Assembly: GCA_037465745.1 (NCBI GenBank)
Contig: DAPZRJ010000001.1
Location: 1 to 61,525, forward strand
Source of the DNA: Candidatus Ruminococcus primaciens
GTDB taxonomy: Bacteria; Bacillota; Clostridia; Oscillospirales; Ruminococcaceae
Length of the DNA stretch: 61,525 nucleotides
Direction of reading: 5' to 3'
Shown here in pieces: positions 1 to 8,636 of this stretch. The notes under the pieces were generated by a model that was not told the origin of the DNA, did no database searches, and saw only the letters and a list, made by a program, of their open reading frames with translations. The stretch's first letter is position 1; each line of letters starts with the position of its first letter. A program made the position numbers and the translations under genes.

Positions 1-922
1 TTGTACCTTTGCAGTTGCCGCTGAGGTAGCCGTTAGCTCCTGTCCAGTCGCCTGTGATCTCTCCCTTGAGGCAAGCAGCACCGAGAGATACGTTATCCCA
101 GCAGTGTGTGTAGTAAACAGCACCGCTGCCGTTTGTTAAATCGCTTTTGTATGATGCATCATTTGTTGCAAGATAGAGCCAGCCTGCTGCCCATGCAAGA
201 TCATCATCAACATTGCCTGACTTATAGAAGCCTGTGCAGTCACCTGTGGAAACTGATGCATTGTTCTTAGCATATTTATAAAGAGCTTTAGCATATTTAA
301 GGTCGTCTGCATTGCCGAAGTTTATGTAGTTTACAGCGAGAGCAGCTGCATATTCAGCAGCAATATCACCGCAGCCTGATGATCTCCAGTCACATCCGCC
401 TCTGTCACCCTGAGTTTCCGGAGGTCCCCAGTAAGCGTGGTCTGTATTTCCTATACCTTTCTGAATACAGAATTTTGAAACAGAATCACCTGAAAGAACT
501 GTACAATCTCTGAAGAATTTTGAGAAATAGTCAGCAATTGTTTTGAAATGTGCAGTCTGACCGTTTGAATCAAAGGAGTCCTTGAACTCGTAGTATGCCC
601 AACCGATAGTTGAAGCAGTGTAACCCTGTGGCAAACCAAACATAGCATGGTCACCGGCATCGTGGTATCCGCCGTCAACTTCATCGCTTGTATGACAGTC
701 GCCTCTCCAGGAAAGAAGTGAAGTTTCACTTACCTTAGAGCCGCACATATTAGCGTCATAGAAAAAAAGGGAATACTGAAGGAGTTTTGCATAGTTGTCG
801 CTGGAAGCAGCATTAGTTGTGAGAGGAGCTGTGAAGCTTGTAAATGAGGGAGCTACAGCAGTGATAGCAACCAATCCGCTTAAAACAACAGACTTGATTC
901 TTTTAAGTTTACTCTTAAACAT
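1..922 (-). CDS. Secreted glycoside hydrolase family 9 endoglucanase, 5' part (runs off the window start, so absent from the ORF track)
   Basis: Manual translation from ATG at 922: signal peptide MFKSKLKRIKSVVLSGLVAITAVAP..., then LLQYSLFFYDANMCG, SWRGDCH, GGYHDAGDH (GH9 catalytic Asp motif), DHAYWGPPE, DDLAWAAGWLYLAT; GAAAGGAAG RBS upstream; frame stays open through these motifs. Confidence 0.9.
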   Translation of the reverse strand, partial: MFKSKLKRIKSVVLSGLVAITAVAPSFTSFTAPLTTNAASSDNYAKLLQYSLFFYDANMCGSKVSETSLLSWRGDCHTSDEVDGGYHDAGDHAMFGLPQGYTASTIGWAYYEFKDSFDSNGQTAHFKTIADYFSKFFRDCTVLSGDSVSKFCIQKGIGNTDHAYWGPPETQGDRGGCDWRSSGCGDIAAEYAAALAVNYINFGNADDLKYAKALYKYAKNNASVSTGDCTGFYKSGNVDDDLAWAAGWLYLATNDASYKSDLTNGSGAVYYTHCWDNVSLGAACLKGEITGDWTGANGYLSGNCKGT

Positions 923-970
923 TATTATCAATCTTCCTTTCATGGTTTGACACCTATAATATCTATTTCT

Positions 971-1035
971 ATTATACATGATTTACAGAAAAATAAATTA
1001 CAGAACAATTACCAAATAATTACAATTTTATTACA
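971..1035 (-). promoter_or_regulatory. GH9 promoter region: -10 TATAAT plus four (T/G)GTAAT direct repeats with 11-bp period
   Basis: Plus-strand TTAC at 998, 1009, 1020, 1031; attata at 971-976 reads TATAAT on the minus strand; no canonical -35. Confidence 0.55.
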
Positions 1036-1163
1036 AATAAGAATAAATTATGAATTTAGGCAAAGTGTCTATAATTACATATAATCTTTTGTTTATAATT
1101 TATATATAAAAAATTCAAAAAGCTCTTAATAATGTATTATATATTAATTAGTTGAATAAAAGT

Positions 1164-1215
1164 TAAGGTAACAACGTGCAAACCCTTTTGACGTGCTTTG
1201 TGCGGTGTTGTTTTA
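1164..1215. repeat. Dispersed palindromic intergenic repeat, short form
   Basis: taaggtaacaacgtgcaaa-cccttttgacgtgc-tttgtgcggtgttgtttta; reverse complement aligns to the copy at 61476. Confidence 0.8.
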
Positions 1216-1298
1216 AAACATACTGTAAATAGACAGTAACTATTATCTGTAATGCTCATATAATAAAGTGTACCATGTTATACGTCAGGGGTGATATA

Positions 1299-1520
1299 AT
1301 GAAAAACTGCAATGCAGCAATGCCTTCGTACACTTATGCTGTAAAGGCACAAAAGCTTCTGAAAACAAGAGGGTATAACTGCACAATTAAACGTACTGAA
1401 CCATTATCTGATGAGGGCTGCGGCTATTCACTTGTTATTGAGGGAAACTGCGGCGAAATTCAGTCAATATTGGATAGTTATTCTATTCCGTTCAATAACC
1501 TCAGAAATGAGGTGAACTAA
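1299..1520 (+). CDS. DUF3343-like small protein
   Basis: Pattern SYTYAVKAQKLL...GCGYSL; GGGGTGA RBS before ATG 1299; adjacent to a cysteine desulfurase-family gene. Confidence 0.7.
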   Translation: MKNCNAAMPSYTYAVKAQKLLKTRGYNCTIKRTEPLSDEGCGYSLVIEGNCGEIQSILDSYSIPFNNLRNEVN

Positions 1521-1524
1521 TAAA

Positions 1525-2652
1525 ATGATTGTTAATTTTGATAATGCAGCAACGACTTATCCAAAGCCAAAGGAAGTAAGAAGGGCAGTTAATGAAGCGG
1601 TTGAAAAATACGGAGGAAATGCAGGCAGGGGAGGACATCAACTTGCAATGAGAACCTCAGAAGCAGTTTTTTCAGCTCGTGAAGCGGCTGCGGAGTTTTT
1701 TGGTGCTGAACCTGAAAATATAGTTTTTACGCTGAACTGTACGGCAGCATTGAATATGGCGATTAAAGGAATACTTTATAACGGCGGACATATAATCATA
1801 AGTTCAATGGAGCATAATTCAGCAGCAAGACCTGCTGCTGCTTTGGCATTGGATAATAAAGTCAAGCTTTCAATTGCCGATGTTTATTTTAATGACAATA
1901 AAACAATAGAAAGTTTTAAAAGGCTGATTCGTCCTGATACAAAGGCAATTGTCTGTACTGCCGCAAGTAATGTTACAGGTCAGATTCTTCCAATAAAGGA
2001 ACTTGCACAGATTTGCAGTGAACATAACATCTGCTTTATTGTTGATGCGGCACAGGCTTGCGGAGTTATGGAGCTGAAGCTTTCTGACGGCATAAATATT
2101 ATTTGTACTGCCGGTCACAAGGGGCTTTATGGAATAACAGGCACAGGACTTCTTGTATCAGACGGAAAGTACAAAATCCACCCGATTATAGAGGGCGGTA
2201 CGGGAAGTGCATCATCAAGTCTGCACCAGCCTGATTTTCTTCCTGATAGTCTTGAAAGCGGAACTTTAAATATTATAGGTGCAATGTCGGTTAAATCAGG
2301 AATAGAATTTGTGAAAAAATTAGGTATAGAAAAAATTTATCGGCATGAAACAGCTTTATGTGAGCTTTTTATAAGAGAACTGAAAAAAGAAAAGAATATT
2401 ATAATCTACAGAAATCCGGAATGTCAGTATGTGCCTATTGTTTCATTCAACATTTTTGGAGTAATGCCTGAGGCAGCCGCACAGAAATTTGCTGAACAGG
2501 GATTTTGCCTTAGAGCAGGTTATCATTGTGCAGCACTTGCTCATGCAAGCATCGGAACAGAGAATGGTACAATCAGATTTTCACCGTCTGTATTCAGTAC
2601 GGAAAAAGACACTTTAAGGCTTATTCAGGTGATAAGAAAAACAAACTTTTAA
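1525..2652 (+). CDS. Cysteine desulfurase family protein (class V aminotransferase, group II / Csd-SufS-like)
   Basis: FDNAATT, EHNS, VDAAQ, GHKGLYG (PLP lysine), RAGYHCA (group II catalytic Cys). Confidence 0.9.
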   Translation: MIVNFDNAATTYPKPKEVRRAVNEAVEKYGGNAGRGGHQLAMRTSEAVFSAREAAAEFFGAEPENIVFTLNCTAALNMAIKGILYNGGHIIISSMEHNSAARPAAALALDNKVKLSIADVYFNDNKTIESFKRLIRPDTKAIVCTAASNVTGQILPIKELAQICSEHNICFIVDAAQACGVMELKLSDGINIICTAGHKGLYGITGTGLLVSDGKYKIHPIIEGGTGSASSSLHQPDFLPDSLESGTLNIIGAMSVKSGIEFVKKLGIEKIYRHETALCELFIRELKKEKNIIIYRNPECQYVPIVSFNIFGVMPEAAAQKFAEQGFCLRAGYHCAALAHASIGTENGTIRFSPSVFSTEKDTLRLIQVIRKTNF

Positions 2653-2670
2653 AAAAGTTTGTGAAAACTA

Positions 2671-2698
2671 TTGAAATTATTTGTATTTGTGGTACAAT
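2671..2698 (+). promoter_or_regulatory. Sigma-A promoter for cdaA-cdaR
   Basis: TTGAAA-16bp-TACAAT with extended TG. Confidence 0.55.
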
Positions 2699-2807
2699 TA
2701 TTATATACGCAGTGAGGGTGTATGCCCTCATACATAAAAATATAAAGACACATCATGAATAGGTGTATTGCGTGTAGAACTATTATTAAGAGAGGATGTG
2801 CCGTTAA

Positions 2808-3686
2808 ATGTCGTTTCAGGATATTAAGGATTCTTTGTTCAGCGTTGTAAAGACAATGGGCGTTGTTGATTTTATTGATATATTGCTGTTGACCTATATT
2901 GTTTACCTTCTGTTGAAGCTCATAAGAGAAACTCGTGCAGGTCAGCTTATGAAGGGTATTGTACTTCTTGTTATAGCATATGTGGTGGCTAAGTATGTCG
3001 AGCTTAAATCAATTACTTACATAATAAAGCAGGCTCTTGATGTAGGGCTTATTGCACTTCTGATTTTATTCCAGCCTGAATTAAGGCGAGCCTTGGAAAA
3101 GGTTGGAAGAACAAAAATGGGATTGAGCATTCTGGGGTTCGGAGAAACAAAATCAGACCTTGAAACAAAATGGAACAGTGCAATTCAGGCTATATGTGAT
3201 TCCTGCGTTGAACTGTCTGCCACATGTACGGGAGCTTTAATTGTTGTTGAAAGACAGGTAAGATTAGGCGAACAGATTGAAACAGGAACTATTTTAAATG
3301 CAAAACCAAGCAAGGAGATTTTTGGAAACATATTTTATCCGAAAACACCTCTGCATGATGGTGCAGTTATTATGCGTGACGGAATAATTCTTGCAGCAGC
3401 CTGCTTTCTTCCAAAGCCTCAGAAGGAGGAGCTTGTCAACAAAAAGCTTGGTTCTCGTCATAGGGCTGCTATCGGAATGAGTGAAAATTCAGATGCAATT
3501 GTAATTGTGGTTTCCGAAGAAACAGGTCAGATTTCAATTGCGGTTGACGGCGTTCTTACAAGAGATTATACACATGAAAAGCTGAAAAGGTTTCTTGTTG
3601 GCGAACTGATAGAAAAAGCATCTGAGGGTGTTATTTCATCAAAGGATTCTGCTTCTCCAAAGCTGAAAAGGAGGAATAGAAAATGA
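2808..3686 (+). CDS. cdaA: Diadenylate cyclase CdaA/DacA
   Basis: Three N-terminal TM helices, FQPELRRALE, PLHDGA and GSRHRAA DAC motifs. Confidence 0.95.
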   Translation: MSFQDIKDSLFSVVKTMGVVDFIDILLLTYIVYLLLKLIRETRAGQLMKGIVLLVIAYVVAKYVELKSITYIIKQALDVGLIALLILFQPELRRALEKVGRTKMGLSILGFGETKSDLETKWNSAIQAICDSCVELSATCTGALIVVERQVRLGEQIETGTILNAKPSKEIFGNIFYPKTPLHDGAVIMRDGIILAAACFLPKPQKEELVNKKLGSRHRAAIGMSENSDAIVIVVSEETGQISIAVDGVLTRDYTHEKLKRFLVGELIEKASEGVISSKDSASPKLKRRNRK

Positions 3687-4966
3687 AACTTATTTCAATT
3701 ATAAAGCGAAAATTTCTAAGGTCGATAACAAATAATTTATCCATAGCAATATATTCGTTTATCATTGCAATAATTGCTTGGTTTGTAATCTCGATTACCA
3801 TATATCCGTCCACACCGAAAACCATTAACAATATTAATCTTAGCCTTGATATATCACAAACCTCTGCTGACGAAAACGGACTTGAGGTTATTTCATGTGA
3901 TGTGGATAAAATCAATGTTCAGATAGAGGGCGACCGTTCGCAGATAGGCAATCTGACTAAAGATGATATTGTTGCAAAGCTTGATGTTGATAATGTTCTT
4001 GTTCCTGGAACAAAAAAACTGTCCATAAAAATTGAAAATAAATCAGGAGTGGATTTTAAGGTCAACAAAGTAACTCCCGATTCGGCATCGGTTGTATTTG
4101 ATAAAATTGAAACACGTGAATTTGAGCTTGTGGCTGAATATCCGAACATTACCTTTGAGGAAGGAAAAACACGAGATGCAGTTTCATGTGAACCCAAAAC
4201 AATAAAAATCAAAGGTCCTTCCGCACAGCTTGACCAGATTGCAACATGTGCCGCAGTTACAAATAAAACAGATAAGCTTTATAGCAGTTACAGCTTTGCC
4301 TGTGATGAAATAAAACTTTATAACGGTTCAGGTGCAATTATTGATAACAGCTCGCTTGACATTGAAGCAACGAATATAACTATTAATATTCCTGTTCTGA
4401 CGCAGAAAACTCTTGATTTGTCAGTAGAAATCTCCAAAAAGCCATCTAATTTTGATGATTCTGCAATTAAGCTCAACTGGTCAACAGACAAGATAACTCT
4501 TGCTTCACAAACAAGCTCGCTGAGTGAGTTCCCTGATACACTTGAGGTTGGAAAAATACTGCTTTCAGAGCTTGATCTGGATTATACAAAAACGTTCAGA
4601 ATTGATACTAAGGACTTTATTAATCAGTCAAACCTTGAAACCGTAACAGTAAGTCTTGATTCTTCAAACCTTGACAAAAAGGAACTTATTGCAACTGATT
4701 TTTCAATCAGCAACGCTCCTGCAAACTATGATTTTAAGGTAATAACAAGCAGTCTTAATGTAGTTTTGGTAGGCCCTGCTGATGAGATTGCCAAAATCAC
4801 AACAAAGGACATTGTGGTTGACGTTAATCTGCTTGACTGCAAAAATGTATCACCGTCCTTTACCTATCCTGTAACAGTTACATGTCCGAACTATAATTCA
4901 GTCTGGGCAGTAGGCGTTGCAAATGTAACTCTTGCCTGCACAGAAAAAAGCAGCAGTACAACATAA
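3683..4966 (+). CDS. cdaR: YbbR-domain CdaA regulator CdaR
   Basis: Single N-terminal TM, repeated beta-rich YbbR-like segments (IKIKGP, VVLVGP); ATGA overlap with cdaA. Confidence 0.8.
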   Translation: MKLISIIKRKFLRSITNNLSIAIYSFIIAIIAWFVISITIYPSTPKTINNINLSLDISQTSADENGLEVISCDVDKINVQIEGDRSQIGNLTKDDIVAKLDVDNVLVPGTKKLSIKIENKSGVDFKVNKVTPDSASVVFDKIETREFELVAEYPNITFEEGKTRDAVSCEPKTIKIKGPSAQLDQIATCAAVTNKTDKLYSSYSFACDEIKLYNGSGAIIDNSSLDIEATNITINIPVLTQKTLDLSVEISKKPSNFDDSAIKLNWSTDKITLASQTSSLSEFPDTLEVGKILLSELDLDYTKTFRIDTKDFINQSNLETVTVSLDSSNLDKKELIATDFSISNAPANYDFKVITSSLNVVLVGPADEIAKITTKDIVVDVNLLDCKNVSPSFTYPVTVTCPNYNSVWAVGVANVTLACTEKSSSTT

Positions 4967-5004
4967 TATAACACAAATTCTTTCCTAAAACTGTGTTGTA
5001 TTTT

Positions 5005-5053
5005 AAAAAATCCCTGACCAATGATTTTCTCTGATTTGGTTGGGGATTTTTTG
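5005..5053 (+). terminator. Intrinsic terminator after cdaR
   Basis: aaaaaatccctgacca...tggttggggattttttg hairpin with T tract. Confidence 0.65.
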
Positions 5054-5138
5054 TATATTAAATTTTTATTTTTTGCTGACAACCATGTAAAAATGTGGTA
5101 TAATAAAAATTACATATCATATAATCTGGAGTGTTGAA

Positions 5139-6551
5139 ATGAATAAATATAAAAAACTTGCAATGAATACATTTATTTTTGCAGTAGGAAATTTCGGCTC
5201 AAAAATTCTTGTATATCTTCTTTCCTATCTCTATTCAAAATATCTAAGTCCTTCGGACAGCAGTACTAAGGAATTGCTAGAAATAACGGCAAATTTTCTG
5301 CTGCCGATATTTACTCTTTCTATAACAGAGGCGATTATAAGGTACGGGCTTGACAATAATTATGATAAGCGTGAGGTTTTTACATCTGCAACGTGTCTTT
5401 GCGGTCTTGGACTTATCTCGATGCTTGTTTTTTCTCCTCTGTTTCATTTTCTCAGCTTTGTGAACGGATATACTGTTTTGCTCCTTGTTTACGTCTGCAC
5501 CTCGGCATTCAGGTCACTTTGTTCTCAGTTTGTAAGGGCAAGGGGACTTGTAAAACTGTTTTCGTTTGACGGTATACTTACAACACTTGTATTGTTCCTG
5601 TTAAATATTGTTTTTATAGCTCATTTTAAATTAGGCGTCAGCGGATTTATGCTTTCAGTAATTTTATCAGACTTTTTTTCTGCTGTTTTTCTTTTTGTAA
5701 CAGCAGGATTATGGAAGTATCTTAAAATAAACTATTTTAATAAGGAACTTTCAAGAGTTATGCTGCGGTTTTCGCTTCCGCTTATCCCGACCATATTAAT
5801 GTGGGTTATAACAGGTTTTTCAGACAGACTTTTTATACGTTATATGCATAGTGATACAGTTCAGCTCGGACAGGCAGCAGCAGGTTTGTATGGATATGCA
5901 ACTAAGGTTCCTAACCTTATATCAATGGTTTCAACGATATTCTTTCAGGCTTGGAATATGTCGGCAATTACCGAGAACGATTCAAGTGACAGAAATGAAT
6001 TTTATGAGAGAGTTTATTCAGCATATCAGGCTATTTTATATGTTTCATCAGCATTTGTTATAGCAGCGGTTAAGATTATTACACCTGTAAATACTTCAAA
6101 TTACGCTGAATATGGTGAGGTATACATATACACACCACTTCTAGTAGTCGGGGTTATATTAATGTGCCTTAATCAGTTTTTCAGCAGTATTTATACGGCA
6201 ACACGCCATACTGTAAATTCATTCTGGACAAGTCTTGCAGCAAGCGTTGTAAACATTGTTCTTAATTTTGTTTTAATTGGACGTTATGGAATACAGGGTG
6301 CGTCAGTAGCAACACTTCTGAGCTATCTTACATGTTATTTAATAAGAGTTGTAGACGCAAGACGCTATGTACCGTTTAAGATAAATCATGCGTCGTTCAT
6401 TATAAATATGCTGTCATTATTAGGAATGTCTGTTTTAATTATATACCAGCCTGCATATTATCAGTTTATGCTTTTCTTCGGGTTCCTGTTTGTGCTTGCG
6501 ATAAATTACGAGTATATTGTGGTTACAGTAAAACGTTTGCTGAAAAGGTAA
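5139..6551 (+). CDS. Polysaccharide/teichoic acid flippase (Wzx/MOP family)
   Basis: About 12-14 TM helices; KKLAMNTFIFAVGNFGSK N-terminus, FSLPLIP, SDR, YGIQGASVAT motifs. Confidence 0.85.
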   Translation: MNKYKKLAMNTFIFAVGNFGSKILVYLLSYLYSKYLSPSDSSTKELLEITANFLLPIFTLSITEAIIRYGLDNNYDKREVFTSATCLCGLGLISMLVFSPLFHFLSFVNGYTVLLLVYVCTSAFRSLCSQFVRARGLVKLFSFDGILTTLVLFLLNIVFIAHFKLGVSGFMLSVILSDFFSAVFLFVTAGLWKYLKINYFNKELSRVMLRFSLPLIPTILMWVITGFSDRLFIRYMHSDTVQLGQAAAGLYGYATKVPNLISMVSTIFFQAWNMSAITENDSSDRNEFYERVYSAYQAILYVSSAFVIAAVKIITPVNTSNYAEYGEVYIYTPLLVVGVILMCLNQFFSSIYTATRHTVNSFWTSLAASVVNIVLNFVLIGRYGIQGASVATLLSYLTCYLIRVVDARRYVPFKINHASFIINMLSLLGMSVLIIYQPAYYQFMLFFGFLFVLAINYEYIVVTVKRLLKR

Positions 6552-6558
6552 GGATATA

Positions 6559-6593
6559 GAAATACCGCACAATTATTGTGCGGTATTTCCTTA
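6559..6593. repeat. Repeat-derived hairpin between convergent flippase and vanZ genes (likely bidirectional terminator)
   Basis: gaaataccgcacaat-t-attgtgcggtatttc, arms match the dispersed repeat ends. Confidence 0.7.
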
Positions 6594-7088
6594 TTATGCA
6601 GCTTTATGATTGTGAAATTTTCTGAATACAGTGACAATTAGAGAAAAGCAGATAATACCGAAAAATCCGCCGCCGGTATCAATCATAACATCTCTGAAAG
6701 CAGGTGCTCTGCCCGGACTGAATGATTGATGAAATTCGTCGGAGCATGCATAAATAAAGCAGCTTAAAACTGTAATCAGCGTATTCTTTGACTTTAATTT
6801 GAATTTTCTGAATGTTCCTGATATACAGAATCCAAGAGCTGCATATATAGAAAAGTGTGCAGCTTTCCTAACGGCAAATTCAATAGTATCAAGTAAGTCT
6901 GCTTGTTTGTTTATTGGATATGCACTCATTTTGGGAAAGAATACTTTTACTATAAAATCAACGATGAAGTTGCTTGAGGTTGTGGAATCATCAGCATTTT
7001 CAGAAGAAAAGTAAAAAATCAGTATCATAATAAGTATGGATAACAGCATGAAGATTACCTGACGAAAGCTGAGGCATGGTTTAGACAT
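6594..7088 (-). CDS. VanZ family membrane protein
   Basis: IFYFSS, RKAAHFSIYAALG, YACSDEFHQSFSPGR, DVMIDTGG. Confidence 0.9.
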   Translation of the reverse strand: MSKPCLSFRQVIFMLLSILIMILIFYFSSENADDSTTSSNFIVDFIVKVFFPKMSAYPINKQADLLDTIEFAVRKAAHFSIYAALGFCISGTFRKFKLKSKNTLITVLSCFIYACSDEFHQSFSPGRAPAFRDVMIDTGGGFFGIICFSLIVTVFRKFHNHKAA

Positions 7089-7243
7089 AAAAATTTCCTT
7101 TCATAATGTGGTTATGCATTAATTATATAATATTTTTTTAATTGTGTAAAGCACGTCTTAAATGTCGGGAAAAAATTTCAAAAAAAACTTGTAACATTAT
7201 TATAAAGATGATATAATAAAAGAGATACAGCGTAATATAACTT

Positions 7244-7365
7244 TAAGGCAATATCGTACAAGTCATGTCCAAAGACCCTGCATGTCATAAACTTGCAGTT
7301 TTCACGTCATATTGCACATAAATTTCTCGACATGCAGAGTACATTTGAAAAACGGTCTTGCCTTA
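7244..7365 (+). mobile_element. Longest complete copy (122 bp) of the MITE/REP-like repeat
   Basis: Ends TAAGGCAATATCG / CGGTCTTGCCTTA; internal part matches 61476-61525 and, reversed, 51067-51101. Confidence 0.65.
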
Positions 7366-7450
7366 AATTAATAATCAGAGCGTCTTGTCTTAATACTTGC
7401 ACATTTATTTTATGTGAATACGCTTTGGAATATAATATTCGGAGGATATA

Positions 7451-8632
7451 ATGAAAAAGTTTTTTGCAAACATATGGACAAAAAGAGTTGTTTCACTTTT
7501 AAGTGCAGCTTATGCATTTATGGCTTGTTTTTTATGCTATTGTTCACTTTTTTATTCTATTGATGTACATTCAAACGCAGGTGTCTGCCTGATGACAACA
7601 GGCATTTCACTTATCGGACTTGTTGCCATGCTTTACTCAAGAAAGCAGATTATAACCAAAATTGCCAGCTTTGTAATACTTCCTGCAATGCTGCCTGTAG
7701 TTTTGTTTTATTTCGGAGAGTGGTTTTTGATAATACCTATTGTAATAACAGGTATTTTGATCTTTCTTCTTTCGGGAGCAGGCGAGGGAATAAAAACTGC
7801 ATTGGGAACTGTATTCCTTCTCCTTTACATTTTCGGTTCACTTGGCTACTTTCTTGCAAACTCACTTTTTGTTACAGCAACTAAAAAGGAACAGATTTAT
7901 TCGGGAGCTTCACCCTCTGGCAAGTATCGCTGCTATGTTATAAATACTAAGGATAGTTCAAACGGCAGTACAGCCGTATATGTTGAACCTGATGATGCTG
8001 ATAAATCATTTAAATATGTTGATTTTAATATAAAAAATATGCAGCGTATAGTATATCTTGAACGTCCGCTTATTGACCCTGAAAAAAGTCCGATGGAACT
8101 TAAATGGGAAACAAAAACACGTCAGCAGATTACAGAAGAGATTGAAGCAATATCAAGCGAGGTTGTGGTTCATCTTTCACAGGCTCAGCTAAAGAAGCTT
8201 GGCTATACATATGAGGATAAGCTGATATTGTGCGGACTTGCTGATGAACAGTATCAGGCAATCGGAAAGAGCAAGGGTACTGACATTTATCTTAATGATT
8301 TGACTGCTGAGCAGCTTGCAGTGTTTAGTCTTGCAAAAGATGATAAGGGCTACTATGTTCCTGATCCTGCACCTGAAATCTTTGAACAGCTTGATTTGAA
8401 AAAAGGGCCTGTCTACATAAAGGATATGAATGATGCCTGGAGAGCTGAATACAATGTAGAAAAGGTAGATTCTGTACTGCTTTCAAGTCTTTCCGATAAG
8501 GATCTTGCTGATTTTGGAGTTCCTGAAAGCGGAGATGTTCTTTATTTTAACGGCAAGCCTTGTTTCAGGTACTATGTAGCTGTTCTGGAAAACTATTTTG
8601 ATTTAGACCATAAATCATTGTCATTATTCTGA
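7451..8632 (+). CDS. Hypothetical membrane protein (N-terminal TM bundle, C-terminal soluble domain with short internal repeats)
   Basis: GGAGG RBS; hydrophobic segments in about the first 140 aa; repeats of the type LNDLTAEQL / LSSLSDKDL. Confidence 0.75.
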   Translation: MKKFFANIWTKRVVSLLSAAYAFMACFLCYCSLFYSIDVHSNAGVCLMTTGISLIGLVAMLYSRKQIITKIASFVILPAMLPVVLFYFGEWFLIIPIVITGILIFLLSGAGEGIKTALGTVFLLLYIFGSLGYFLANSLFVTATKKEQIYSGASPSGKYRCYVINTKDSSNGSTAVYVEPDDADKSFKYVDFNIKNMQRIVYLERPLIDPEKSPMELKWETKTRQQITEEIEAISSEVVVHLSQAQLKKLGYTYEDKLILCGLADEQYQAIGKSKGTDIYLNDLTAEQLAVFSLAKDDKGYYVPDPAPEIFEQLDLKKGPVYIKDMNDAWRAEYNVEKVDSVLLSSLSDKDLADFGVPESGDVLYFNGKPCFRYYVAVLENYFDLDHKSLSLF

Positions 8633-8636
8633 TTAT

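Noticed and set aside
451..729. 92-aa minus-strand ORF in the track
   Set aside because: Alternative frame inside the GH9 gene, whose real frame carries clear GH9 motifs
761..771. A7 homopolymer in GH9 as a possible frameshift or phase-variation site
   Set aside because: Translation across it is in frame (YSLFFYDAN); short A/T runs are common in this genome
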